From: a virus
Direction: 5' to 3' (one strand)
DNA: 64,000 nucleotides
IMG/VR virus record: IMGVR_UViG_3300003323_000334
Span: 1-64,000 of that record
Positions within the stretch are counted from its first letter, which is position 1. Each line of letters starts with the position of its first letter. The notes under the pieces were generated by a model. That model saw nothing but the letters and a program-made list of their open reading frames with translations. It did not search any database and was not told the DNA's origin. Below, piece by piece: positions 1 to 8,353 of the stretch. The translations under genes and the position numbers were made by a program.

Positions 1-644
1 TCTTCCTCTTCCTCCTCATCGTCCTCGCCCTCTTCAGAGTCTTCGGATTCTTCCGTTTCCTCTGTTTCTTCCTCTTCAGGCTCCTCTTCTTCCTCTTCCT
101 CTTCGACCCTCAGTTTCTTTTTCTTTTTAGGAAGAGGCTGATCTTCGGTCGCTTCTTCGGCTTGTTCTTGGAGGAATTGATCTTCCTCTTCCTCTTCGGT
201 CTGAGCAGTGGCGCCGCGGCGCCCGCCGTCTTTCGCCTTCACAGCGAAGCCTGTAGCGTTTGCCGCCTTAGTCGCGTTCGCTTTCGCGACCTTCTTGTTC
301 GTCTTTCCGGATCGCGCCTCACCCATGAGGGCGTCTTTGTCCCCTTGCATCGGCGGTTCTGCGAAGTTGGTGTGACCTGCTCGTTGCAGTTCCTTTTTGG
401 TTCGCAGGTGCAGCGGTTTGTCCATCACTCGTCCGCTGTTGTCCAGCGAGTGATCTGCTCCGCTAGCTCGTGCAGTCGGAGCATCTAGCCGGCGAAACTT
501 GTTGGCGAACATGACATCCAGCGGTTTGTCGCTCTCGACAGTTTCGCCGGCGAGCACCACGGTTTTCAAAAGCTGGTTGTTTTCCGGATCACGAGCCCCG
601 TCTCGAAGGGTAGCTCGTCCAAGCAAGCACTGAAACAATCCCAT
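1..644 (-). CDS. hypothetical virion-block protein, 3' end cut by window edge; C-terminal poly-Glu/Asp tract
   Basis: Absent from the ORF track because no stop lies in the window. ATG at 644-642 follows AGGAGA (reverse complement of 651-656), and the frame is open down to position 3. Translation MGLFQCLLGRATLRDG... ends ...KKKKKLRVEEEEEEEEPEEEE. It lies directly downstream of the capsid gene on the same strand. Confidence 0.5.
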   Translation of the reverse strand, partial: MGLFQCLLGRATLRDGARDPENNQLLKTVVLAGETVESDKPLDVMFANKFRRLDAPTARASGADHSLDNSGRVMDKPLHLRTKKELQRAGHTNFAEPPMQGDKDALMGEARSGKTNKKVAKANATKAANATGFAVKAKDGGRRGATAQTEEEEEDQFLQEQAEEATEDQPLPKKKKKLRVEEEEEEEEPEEEETEETEESEDSEEGEDDEEEEE

Positions 645-770
645 TGACAATCTCCTTGAAAAATGTTAGACAACGGGCCGAGCACTCGGTTAAAAGTGCT
701 CGGGCGGATATCGCGGCAGACCCGTGTCAGATTCCACCGACAGCGTCCACGGCTCCCGCTGGACGCGAAA

Positions 771-1862
771 TTACGCCGCAACCCCGTGGTTGATACCGGT
801 TTCGTTGTTTGCGTTGGCCCGCAACCGCGGCACCATGATACCCATGACCTTGAAGTTCTTCTGGAGACCGCCGTGCGAATCCCACTGAAGGGTCCGCATC
901 GACATCCCGGTTACCGCCTGCATCACGGTAGACTTCAGTTCGGCCAAAATGATCTGGAAGCCTGTGAGGTAATCGGCCTTGCGCCAGAAACTCACTCCGT
1001 CAGTTTCGGCCAAACGATTCTTCAGCGTGCCCCCTCGGTACGTCGCCGAGTAGTCACCGTTCATGTATTGAGACCATGAAGGCGAGTACCAGACACCGTA
1101 AGGCCCGTTGAAGTTGATGTCCTGAAGATCCTGGATCATACCGTTGATTTCTTCAACCAACAGTTGAGGAGTCCAACCTGGATCTGTCGGCAGCGTAAGA
1201 GTGGTCGTGACTCGCTGCGGGAAGTTCGTCAACCCGTAGATCGTACCGCCACCGTAAGTGTACGACGAAGCCGTACCCAGTGTCAACCGCTCGATCTGCT
1301 CCCAGCACTTCCGAGTGGCCTGTTCGGCCATCGTCAGATCGAGAGGCTGCCCGCGCTGAGCGACCAGCAGTTCTCGAAGACTGAAAGAGAAGTCCGAGTG
1401 AACGATCGGGAGCGGAATGTTCTTGATGTCGAACAGCACGCGATCCCGGTTCGTCTCGCGCAGAGCGTCCATGCTCAGCGCCGCCTCACCAGCGTCTGTC
1501 ATGGTCTGGTGCTGGATTACTGTCGTACCCATCCCGTTCGGGACGTTGTACGTCAGACCCAAGCCTTGGATGTCAGACCAGACCCGGAGTTCGTCTCGTG
1601 CGACCCGCACGAGCATGTCGTCCATCTGGATCCAGGCATCTTTAGGCAGCGAAGCGGATGCATTCGTCGCGAGCACCGTCTTTCGCTTCTGCTTGCCGTT
1701 GCCGTCCCAACCGTCTGGCACGTCATAACACGTTCGCCCGTATTTGTCGAGCCACGGCCGCAAAACACCGGTGTCGAACTCGCCACCAGTTTGCAGTGCA
1801 ACAGCAAGCAATTTGTCGGCGACTCCGCCGTGCGCTTGACCGTTGAAAATGAAATCGGTCAT
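771..1862 (-). CDS. major capsid protein, HK97 fold (encapsulin/linocin-like, DUF2184-type)
   Basis: 363 aa. The segment NIPLPIVHSDFSFSLRELLVAQRGQPLDLTMAEQATRKCWEQIERLTLGT fits the encapsulin-like capsid family as I recall it. Gene order is portal ... protease/scaffold, small decoration-like gene, then this gene. Confidence 0.85.
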   Translation of the reverse strand: MTDFIFNGQAHGGVADKLLAVALQTGGEFDTGVLRPWLDKYGRTCYDVPDGWDGNGKQKRKTVLATNASASLPKDAWIQMDDMLVRVARDELRVWSDIQGLGLTYNVPNGMGTTVIQHQTMTDAGEAALSMDALRETNRDRVLFDIKNIPLPIVHSDFSFSLRELLVAQRGQPLDLTMAEQATRKCWEQIERLTLGTASSYTYGGGTIYGLTNFPQRVTTTLTLPTDPGWTPQLLVEEINGMIQDLQDINFNGPYGVWYSPSWSQYMNGDYSATYRGGTLKNRLAETDGVSFWRKADYLTGFQIILAELKSTVMQAVTGMSMRTLQWDSHGGLQKNFKVMGIMVPRLRANANNETGINHGVAA

Positions 1863-1892
1863 GGACTGAAACCTTTCGTTGGTGTTGTTGGT

Positions 1893-2339
1893 TTAGGTAC
1901 GAGCGTAAGGACCCGCAACGACTTTGATCCGAGCGTCGGCACCACTCGGCGACAGAGCTTCTAGAGCCCGCACCAGCATAGCATCGGTGCCCGACGTAGC
2001 GGCCTTCAGTTTACCGTCGCCGTTAGATCCTAGTGGTGCGCCGATAGTTGCAACAGCGCCGTCCAGCAAGATCAACTGTGCCTCTTCGCCCGGCGCGAGC
2101 GAAATGAACCGACACAGGTCGCCTGCGGCGTAATCGGTGTCGATAGTGCCACCGATCAAACCGTCTTCAATCGCCACCAGGAGCTCGCCGCCTAAGTTCT
2201 GCCCGGAGTGAGGCTGAACGGTACCATCCGAGTACCGTTCGATCAGCATCCCCGGTTTGATCGTTTTCGTAGCCCGAACGCGAGCTTCTTCGTAGCGACG
2301 ACCCAAGTCGCCTTTTAGCAAAATTGTGTTGTTCGCCAT
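1893..2339 (-). CDS. DUF2190-like small beta protein, candidate head decoration/cement protein
   Basis: 148 aa with a Gly/Ala/Val-rich beta pattern (KPGMLIERYSDGTVQP, GELLVAIEDGLIGG, GAPLGSNGDGKL), typical of the family usually found between scaffold/protease and capsid genes. GAGGTG RBS upstream of ATG 2339. Confidence 0.45.
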   Translation of the reverse strand: MANNTILLKGDLGRRYEEARVRATKTIKPGMLIERYSDGTVQPHSGQNLGGELLVAIEDGLIGGTIDTDYAAGDLCRFISLAPGEEAQLILLDGAVATIGAPLGSNGDGKLKAATSGTDAMLVRALEALSPSGADARIKVVAGPYART

Positions 2340-2392
2340 GAACGTATCACCTCTGTGTCAGATGAGTAAAGGAAAGCGTTTATCGCGGTTTC

Positions 2393-3868
2393 TTACAGCT
2401 TGTTCGGAGGCGTGAACGTGAAGTCTGGAACCCCTAGCGGTGCGTCGAGTTCCGGAGCACCAGCCGCATTACCGATCATCGGAGGCGTCCCAGCGGCCCC
2501 ACGATAGTTCGGAGGAGCGAATCCAGGTTGGAACATAGCCGGAGCTTGCGACGCCTGGGTCACTGATTCTGCGAGACGCACCCAGCCTTCGAGTTCCGGA
2601 ATCTCTTTGGTTCCCAGAAACTCGGCTGTAAATCCGCTGCTCTGATTGGCCGCCAGAATCTTCTGAACGAGTTGGTCTTTGTACTGCTTGTCGCGGGCCA
2701 GAACGCCAGATAGTGCCGACCGAATTTCAGCCGGAACAGTCGGATCCGCCAGGTATTCGTTCACGGTCAGCGGGCGAGCCGGAGTTGTCGTGTTGGCGAC
2801 AACAGACTGTGTTACCGGAGGAATAGCGACTGGAGTCGCTGCAGGAATCGGAGTAGCTTTCGGTAGAATCCTCTGAAGACGGGTATCGTCCATTGATTCG
2901 AGGAATGGACGATCAGACTCATCCCAGCCGTTACCGATCAGGCTCTTGATGTGAGCCGCCTTGTCGAATGCCATCGTATCGTCCTTTTGGTTGGTGACGA
3001 GCGCGTAAGTGACCGATCTGGTCACTTCTTTAGCCTCGCCGGACAAAGAAACAACGTCGCTCTTGGTCGTGTATCCGACCTTCCAAGTTTTGTCCTTGTC
3101 GAAGAACACGACGTAATCAGGGAACACGTCCTGAATCCACCCACGCCAGTAGTGTCCCTTATCGCCGTAGGTCGAAGCGAGCAAATCGGCCAACTGCCGA
3201 GAAATCGCGTCGAACGACAACTCGTTACCTACCAGCTCGACGCCGATTCTCTTGAGCACTTCTAGCGCTGACACACCGAGAACGGTTTGAACTCCTTCGG
3301 GCTCTACGGCAGTGTTAGCGAACAGTCCACCGCCCATTGCCCGAGAGAACGCCCCGATCTGGTCAGGTAGAATAGCCAAGTGGTCCGGAAGCAAATCTAC
3401 GGCCCGTTTCTTATACTTTTCTGCTCCGAACTCACCTTCTTCAGGAATGTAGTCTACAGTAACTCCTGTAGACACTTCAGTTCCTTGATTGTTAACTATG
3501 GCCTCATAAATACGGCTATCAACCGATTTAGTGCGCTCTTCGTCAAACCAACACTCGGTTCGCAGTTTATCGTCAAACTTGGTGTTGAAAATGACGCCCA
3601 CTTTTCGCGAGTTAAAAAAGGTCGGGTTACGCGCTGATACGAACTTACCGTTTTTCTTGGGGTGATACACCACGATCGGCATACCGTCCCATTTACTAGG
3701 ATTGTTCGCGATCACCTCTTTCGGGTAAAAAACTTCTCCACCCGACCCTTTAACAACCGCTTCACCGAGCATCGCACAGTTGACGACCAGATGCTTTCGA
3801 CCTTCAAGCTCGTCGTATCGAAAACTGTTCGTTAACGCGGAGTTAACGAACAGGCCTACTTTCTCCAT
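2393..3868 (-). CDS. prohead protease/scaffold-like protein (DUF2213-type N-terminal domain)
   Basis: 491 aa. The N-terminal ~190 aa, including AVDLLPDHLAILPDQ, resemble the DUF2213 family that accompanies DUF1073 portals. The C-terminal half is Ala/Pro/Thr-rich. GGAG RBS present. Confidence 0.55.
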   Translation of the reverse strand: MEKVGLFVNSALTNSFRYDELEGRKHLVVNCAMLGEAVVKGSGGEVFYPKEVIANNPSKWDGMPIVVYHPKKNGKFVSARNPTFFNSRKVGVIFNTKFDDKLRTECWFDEERTKSVDSRIYEAIVNNQGTEVSTGVTVDYIPEEGEFGAEKYKKRAVDLLPDHLAILPDQIGAFSRAMGGGLFANTAVEPEGVQTVLGVSALEVLKRIGVELVGNELSFDAISRQLADLLASTYGDKGHYWRGWIQDVFPDYVVFFDKDKTWKVGYTTKSDVVSLSGEAKEVTRSVTYALVTNQKDDTMAFDKAAHIKSLIGNGWDESDRPFLESMDDTRLQRILPKATPIPAATPVAIPPVTQSVVANTTTPARPLTVNEYLADPTVPAEIRSALSGVLARDKQYKDQLVQKILAANQSSGFTAEFLGTKEIPELEGWVRLAESVTQASQAPAMFQPGFAPPNYRGAAGTPPMIGNAAGAPELDAPLGVPDFTFTPPNKL

Positions 3869-3871
3869 TTG

Positions 3872-4516
3872 TTACTCCGAAGTGATCTTCTTTTTGGGTT
3901 TCGGAGCCTGAGCCTGCTCGGCTTCCGCCTCCGCAGACTCCTTTTTTGATTCCGACTTTTTGGGCTCCTTCATTTCCACTCTAGTTACTCCAGGAACCGC
4001 AGAAGCGACTGTCCCGTTAGATGGAGTAACTGACGAAAGCCCTCCTGGTCCGAGATGAAGTCCAGTACTAGAAGGAATCGGACCGATGACAGGAGGATTA
4101 GTTACTGGCTTTGCCTCCTGAATTTTGGGGCTTGCTTTAGGTCGATACTCTGCGAGTTTCATACCGATCGCCAGAACATAGTTCACGTAAGCGGCCACTA
4201 CTGCCGAATGAAACTCGTCGTCACCTTGTCCGATACTTTTGGTCATGTTGTCTTTTGTCGCCGGTCCCATTTGTCTAGGGACAATTGACGCCAAAAGACC
4301 ATCGTATCGAGCGAAAACGTCTTCGAGCTTTTCGTCCTTCTGAACGGCGTTCAAACCGTCCATTTTAAGACGATCGAAGAAATCAGCCACTCCCTTAGAG
4401 TGCTTACCCAATTGCTGAAGGGCAGCAGAACCTTCAGCAATCGGATCACCGAAAGCAGAGTCAAGGAGGGTCTTGACTTCAGCCAAACCCTCCAAAGACG
4501 CGACGATACCGGCCAT
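3872..4516 (-). CDS. hypothetical protein with Pro/Gly/Ser-rich and Lys/Glu-rich C-terminus
   Basis: The ORF-track start at 4522 is TTG. ATG at 4516 (MAGIVASLEG) has an AGAGGG RBS 8 nt upstream. The gene is packed 3 nt from the downstream gene. Confidence 0.5.
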   Translation of the reverse strand: MAGIVASLEGLAEVKTLLDSAFGDPIAEGSAALQQLGKHSKGVADFFDRLKMDGLNAVQKDEKLEDVFARYDGLLASIVPRQMGPATKDNMTKSIGQGDDEFHSAVVAAYVNYVLAIGMKLAEYRPKASPKIQEAKPVTNPPVIGPIPSSTGLHLGPGGLSSVTPSNGTVASAVPGVTRVEMKEPKKSESKKESAEAEAEQAQAPKPKKKITSE

Positions 4517-4538
4517 TATCAAGACCCTCTTTGTTTAG

Positions 4539-4856
4539 TTACTCTTCGTCCTTCTTGGCGCACGTCACAGCGTCTTTGATGTCATCTTTGTCCACTTCTG
4601 ACAGACGCGGAGGGAAATCACGATCTTCGACCACCCACAGGATGTTCTTAAGGAGCATCCTGCGACCCGCTCTAACTCGAGGAGTCATGGCGATTGCTTT
4701 TTCGAGAACAGTGGTCATCTTGCTGTTCTCTTCTTCCAGATCAGACACATCGACCTTTTTAGCCGCTCTATTAAGAAGATCTTCCAACCATTTCTTAATA
4801 AGGGCCCCCAATAGGGGGCCCAGGAGGGCGATGAGTTGCTTGATTAGCTCTGACAC
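4539..4856 (-). CDS. hypothetical protein
   Basis: 105 aa with a GTG start preceded by a GGAGA RBS. Same-strand tight packing and a predicted helical, charged sequence. Confidence 0.45.
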   Translation of the reverse strand: MSELIKQLIALLGPLLGALIKKWLEDLLNRAAKKVDVSDLEEENSKMTTVLEKAIAMTPRVRAGRRMLLKNILWVVEDRDFPPRLSEVDKDDIKDAVTCAKKDEE

Positions 4857-4873
4857 GGTAATTTTCTCCGGTG

Positions 4874-5155
4874 TTAAATTCCGAATTCCTCTTGAATCTT
4901 GGAGATCAATGCCGGAATATCAACCGACGCTTTATTGATCTCCGCGAACAGTGCGGTAAAGTCGCGATCGGTGACCGCTTGAACCATGCGGAGAATCGTT
5001 TCGACCTCGTCAAGCACTTCCTTACCGTACTTGTCGAGGAGAACTATCGCCCGCTCTGCTACTGAACGGATACCGATCCAAGATAGGCCGTAAGTTCCCA
5101 TCTTTTCGGTCGGCGTCACTTGATTGGCCACCGCGAAACCGATGTTCTGTTGCAT
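4874..5155 (-). CDS. hypothetical protein
   Basis: 93 aa. ATG with an AAGGA RBS, in the same-strand operon. Confidence 0.45.
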   Translation of the reverse strand: MQQNIGFAVANQVTPTEKMGTYGLSWIGIRSVAERAIVLLDKYGKEVLDEVETILRMVQAVTDRDFTALFAEINKASVDIPALISKIQEEFGI

Positions 5156-5164
5156 GTCACGTCC

Positions 5165-5752
5165 TTATCGGAAAAGTCGAAAACCACGACGCTGAGGCGC
5201 ATAGCTGGTCGGGCAGTTTCCCGAAGCACACCCACCCGACGAACATCCGCCCATGATTGACGTTCCGCTGGCAGATTGTGGACTTCGCATGGTCCACACC
5301 TGCTTAGCGTTACCGTCGTTGTCGTAAATGGTCTCTTGCGTGAGACCTGATTGAACACTTCCTCGCATCGAACCGGAATCAACAATGTACTGAGACAACC
5401 CACACACCGGACACCGGTGTGTGCCTCCGTCCATTGTGTGGTCCCAGGTGTGCCCGTTCGCACAAGTGTGCGTGTGGCCTGAGAACCCGCGAGCAGGCAC
5501 GGAATACCGAGATGCTGTGGTCGCCTTGACGACCGGCTTGGTCGCGACGGTTTCGACCTTGAGGCTACACCCACCAGTAGAGCACTGACCGACGCACGCC
5601 TCTTTGTCGCAGTTAGCGCAGTCGCACACTTGAATCTTCGCCATCGCAACGGCTACCGCCGCTTGCGCTTTGGCCCGCTCACGCGCCCGATCACCGGCGA
5701 ACAGTGGCGAGGCGGTAAGCGCCAGTACCATCAGTGAGTAGAACAGACGCAT
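5165..5752 (-). CDS. secreted Cys/His-rich protein (Sec-type signal peptide)
   Basis: ATG at 5752 overlaps the upstream stop as TGATG. The product starts MRLFYSLMVLALTASPLFAGD (hydrophobic core plus an A-x-A-like site). The mature part has CDCANCDKEACVGQCSTGGCS, HTHTCANGHTWDH, HRCPVCG and GGCSSGGCASGNC. Confidence 0.55.
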   Translation of the reverse strand: MRLFYSLMVLALTASPLFAGDRARERAKAQAAVAVAMAKIQVCDCANCDKEACVGQCSTGGCSLKVETVATKPVVKATTASRYSVPARGFSGHTHTCANGHTWDHTMDGGTHRCPVCGLSQYIVDSGSMRGSVQSGLTQETIYDNDGNAKQVWTMRSPQSASGTSIMGGCSSGGCASGNCPTSYAPQRRGFRLFR

Positions 5753-6786
5753 CAGATTTTGCTCCAGTCTACCACTTGATCTTCGTCCCACAAAGGGAAA
5801 CCGAAAATCATGTGGAACGACCCTTTGAGGATCATGTCTCGTTCGAGCGTAACGTCGTCGGCCCCGAACGAGTAATTGGGCCAGCGACCGTCTTCGAGCG
5901 TTGGACCTGCCGGAGTATTTTCACCCCAGGACTGGTCGATAGCGCCGAATTTCTGCCCGTTCTTGTTAAGACCGCCGCCACTGACGGCCATGTAATGGTA
6001 CCAAGTTCCTGAGGGCTTACACATCCCGTATTTGTCACGGGTCATAGTAAACCCACGGGCGCTAGACACCAAACCGACACCGCCAGAAGCGAATCCGTCC
6101 ATCATTTCTTGAAAGGAACGAATCTTAACAAGGTTGGCTTCGACCTTGTTGTCCGACGCGAGTTCGAACATCTTCGTCGGAATATTGCTCCGACTAGCAC
6201 CCCATTTTACAGCCAGATCGTCCGATCCTTGACCGTAAAAGTTGGTGTCGCCGGCCTCATCAACAGTAACTAGCCCGTACTTGGCTAGCGTCGGCGGAAT
6301 ACCACCGTCAGGAACACCGTCGTCGTTTTGTCCGGAACCTGTCATACCGTAATCGGCGCGACAGGCCCCGTAAATGAAGGCGTGCGACACGTCTTTGAAC
6401 TTCGCAGGACGCCCACCTGCGATCAGGATGCACTGAATGAGCTGACCGGCTCGTTTCCCGGTACGAGACCCACAAGTACCTCGAGGCTGCAACTGAGCAG
6501 GCAAATCGTTTCCGAGAACCTTACGAGCCGCATCGTGGCAGCAAATGACCGATTTGCCGTCCCATCGCCCTTGGATGTGAGGCGCCACCGAGTACAAAGC
6601 TGGAGCACTGTCCGGAATGATCGGAGAATTCTCCAATCCCGGACGACCTCCGACCCCAAAATTGTAGATCGCGTTTTCAGGATCTTTGGGATCTGCTCCG
6701 AAAAGCGTCGTCTTGATCCCGCCGAATTGGGTCAAGTCTACTTTTTCAGGATCAATCCCTTTTAAAGGATTCTTGTTCTTAGCCAT
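5752..6786 (-). CDS. papain-like (C1-type) cysteine peptidase candidate
   Basis: 344 aa. Catalytic-type motifs occur in papain order: Q-x3-TCGS (QPRGTCGSRTG), WYHYMAVSGG (His) and DQSWGEN (Asn/Ser-Trp-Gly). Confidence 0.55.
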   Translation of the reverse strand: MAKNKNPLKGIDPEKVDLTQFGGIKTTLFGADPKDPENAIYNFGVGGRPGLENSPIIPDSAPALYSVAPHIQGRWDGKSVICCHDAARKVLGNDLPAQLQPRGTCGSRTGKRAGQLIQCILIAGGRPAKFKDVSHAFIYGACRADYGMTGSGQNDDGVPDGGIPPTLAKYGLVTVDEAGDTNFYGQGSDDLAVKWGASRSNIPTKMFELASDNKVEANLVKIRSFQEMMDGFASGGVGLVSSARGFTMTRDKYGMCKPSGTWYHYMAVSGGGLNKNGQKFGAIDQSWGENTPAGPTLEDGRWPNYSFGADDVTLERDMILKGSFHMIFGFPLWDEDQVVDWSKI

Positions 6787-6787
6787 G

Positions 6788-7510
6788 TTACTTGATCGCC
6801 TCCAGAATCGAAGAGAACCGCAAAAGTTGTTTAGCCGCCTCGCCCTTCTGCTCTGCTGTTAGTTGCTGTCCTGCTGCGCTCGGAAGGAATTTCGCCAACT
6901 CGGCTCCGAAAAGGGCTCGCACTGGTCTCATGTTGTCCTGGCCGATGACATCGTTGGTCGCTTGGTTAATTACTCCGAACAGTTGCGCACTGGTGTTCGT
7001 GGAGCCTACTTGATCGGACACCGCTTTGTAAATTTCCGACAGCTTGACTTTGTTCCCCTTCTCCGAATCCGTCAGTCCTTTATACGCTTGTAAAACCGGA
7101 GTGTAAAGCGGGTCTTTCAGAATCGGATTGTCAGGATTTGGATTCGGATCAGGGTCTGGATTCGGCTTCGGTTTAGGATCGACACCTCCAGAACCTACTG
7201 TAACCTTGATTACCACCGGGTTGCTGAGTTCGTCACCTTTTGCGGTGTACGCCAGCAGGTCGAACGTTCCTTCGGTTAGCGAGCTGACGACCGTTCCTTT
7301 GATGTTAGGATTCAGAAACGCAGGAGGGAACACCCGAAGTTCTTTAGAAAGCGGATGGAACTTGACCTCTTTTCCCTCAGTTTCCACCACGATCGGGATG
7401 AAGTCTCCTTTTGCGCCTTTCGCTTCACCCACGAGTTTGATCGTGGGTGGCGCCGCAATCGCTACGGCAGTCAAATAAAGCAGGACAAACAGACTTGACA
7501 CGGTTTTCAT
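6788..7510 (-). CDS. secreted protein with signal peptide, beta N-domain, PKPKPNPDPDPNPNPD linker and helical C-domain
   Basis: ATG 7510 (MKTVSSLFVLLYLTAVAIAAPP) has a GGGAGAG RBS. The track start at 7519 is GTG. The sequence shows a clear N-terminal hydrophobic signal and a low-complexity Pro/Asn/Asp linker. Confidence 0.6.
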   Translation of the reverse strand: MKTVSSLFVLLYLTAVAIAAPPTIKLVGEAKGAKGDFIPIVVETEGKEVKFHPLSKELRVFPPAFLNPNIKGTVVSSLTEGTFDLLAYTAKGDELSNPVVIKVTVGSGGVDPKPKPNPDPDPNPNPDNPILKDPLYTPVLQAYKGLTDSEKGNKVKLSEIYKAVSDQVGSTNTSAQLFGVINQATNDVIGQDNMRPVRALFGAELAKFLPSAAGQQLTAEQKGEAAKQLLRFSSILEAIK

Positions 7511-7527
7511 AACGAGCACTCTCCCTG

Positions 7528-7920
7528 TTACGTTCCGCCTTTCTTCAAAACCCCGCTATCCTTGCTTTCAAGAAGGTCTACAACCTTTGGCGGAACTTCT
7601 TCGACCTTCTCTTTAATTTCCGCCGCCTTTTGAGCGACGGTTTCCATTTGAGCAGTGGCCACGCTAACTACCTTGGAAACAGTGTCCTTGACCTTTTCGG
7701 CCGTTTTATGGAGTTCTTCCGATTCCTTCTTGACGTCCTGTAGAACCCGCTTACCGGCGGCCTCTTTACTTTGGCTGGCTTCGAAATACTCCTTGGCCAG
7801 TTTGAACCAGACAGCGGCACTGGTAGTAGCCTTATGAAGTGCCTGTAACCTGATAATCAGGTACACGGCCAAACAAATCAAAATCAACGTGTTAACGTGA
7901 ACGAACGTGAACCCCCACAT
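7528..7920 (-). CDS. membrane-anchored coiled-coil protein (single N-terminal TM)
   Basis: 130 aa. It has an N-terminal TM segment (TLILICLAVYLIIRL), then Lys/Glu/Ala-rich helical repeats. Confidence 0.5.
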   Translation of the reverse strand: MWGFTFVHVNTLILICLAVYLIIRLQALHKATTSAAVWFKLAKEYFEASQSKEAAGKRVLQDVKKESEELHKTAEKVKDTVSKVVSVATAQMETVAQKAAEIKEKVEEVPPKVVDLLESKDSGVLKKGGT

Positions 7921-7921
7921 T

Positions 7922-8344
7922 TCAACCCTCCGGAGGATTTGAACTCGGCAGCGATTGGTGGGTTTTTGACCCGTGACTAACGGTTATCACAGGTATGTTG
8001 TACCCGTGCTCGCGTAAGATGTTCTCCAAAAGCTCCACTCGCTCTTGCGTGTTCTCTTGTCGCTCTACGGCTAGGGCTAAGTCTATCTCGCACTTGTTCT
8101 TGTGATTGGTCAGTTCTTGGAGTTTGTTCCTGAGTTCGTGAATTTCTTTCCGGTGTTCGACTATCTCGGTGTTCTTAACCTCGATGAGGCGAAACGCCTC
8201 ATCGAGCGTTCGCTTCTGGGTCGATTCAGAATTGGAGTGTTTGGCGGACATAACCTTTATTACGGCTGCCCCAAACGCTCCTATAATACCGGTTATCACC
8301 GTACCGACTACTCCGATGACAGCGCCGTCGGCTGCATCCATCAT
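7922..8344 (-). CDS. membrane-anchored coiled-coil protein (single N-terminal TM)
   Basis: 140 aa. The TM segment is GAVIGVVGTVITGIIGAFGAAVIKV, followed by heptad-like LRNKLQELTNHKNKCEIDLALAVERQ. GGAGG RBS present. Confidence 0.5.
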   Translation of the reverse strand: MMDAADGAVIGVVGTVITGIIGAFGAAVIKVMSAKHSNSESTQKRTLDEAFRLIEVKNTEIVEHRKEIHELRNKLQELTNHKNKCEIDLALAVERQENTQERVELLENILREHGYNIPVITVSHGSKTHQSLPSSNPPEG

Positions 8345-8353
8345 TGCCTCCGG

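Noticed and set aside
1164-1964. 266-aa plus-strand ORF
   Set aside because: It lies antisense to the well-supported capsid gene.
5116-5649. 177-aa alternative minus-strand frame overlapping the secreted Cys-rich ORF
   Set aside because: It has no RBS or coupling. The chosen frame starts with a textbook signal peptide at a TGATG junction.
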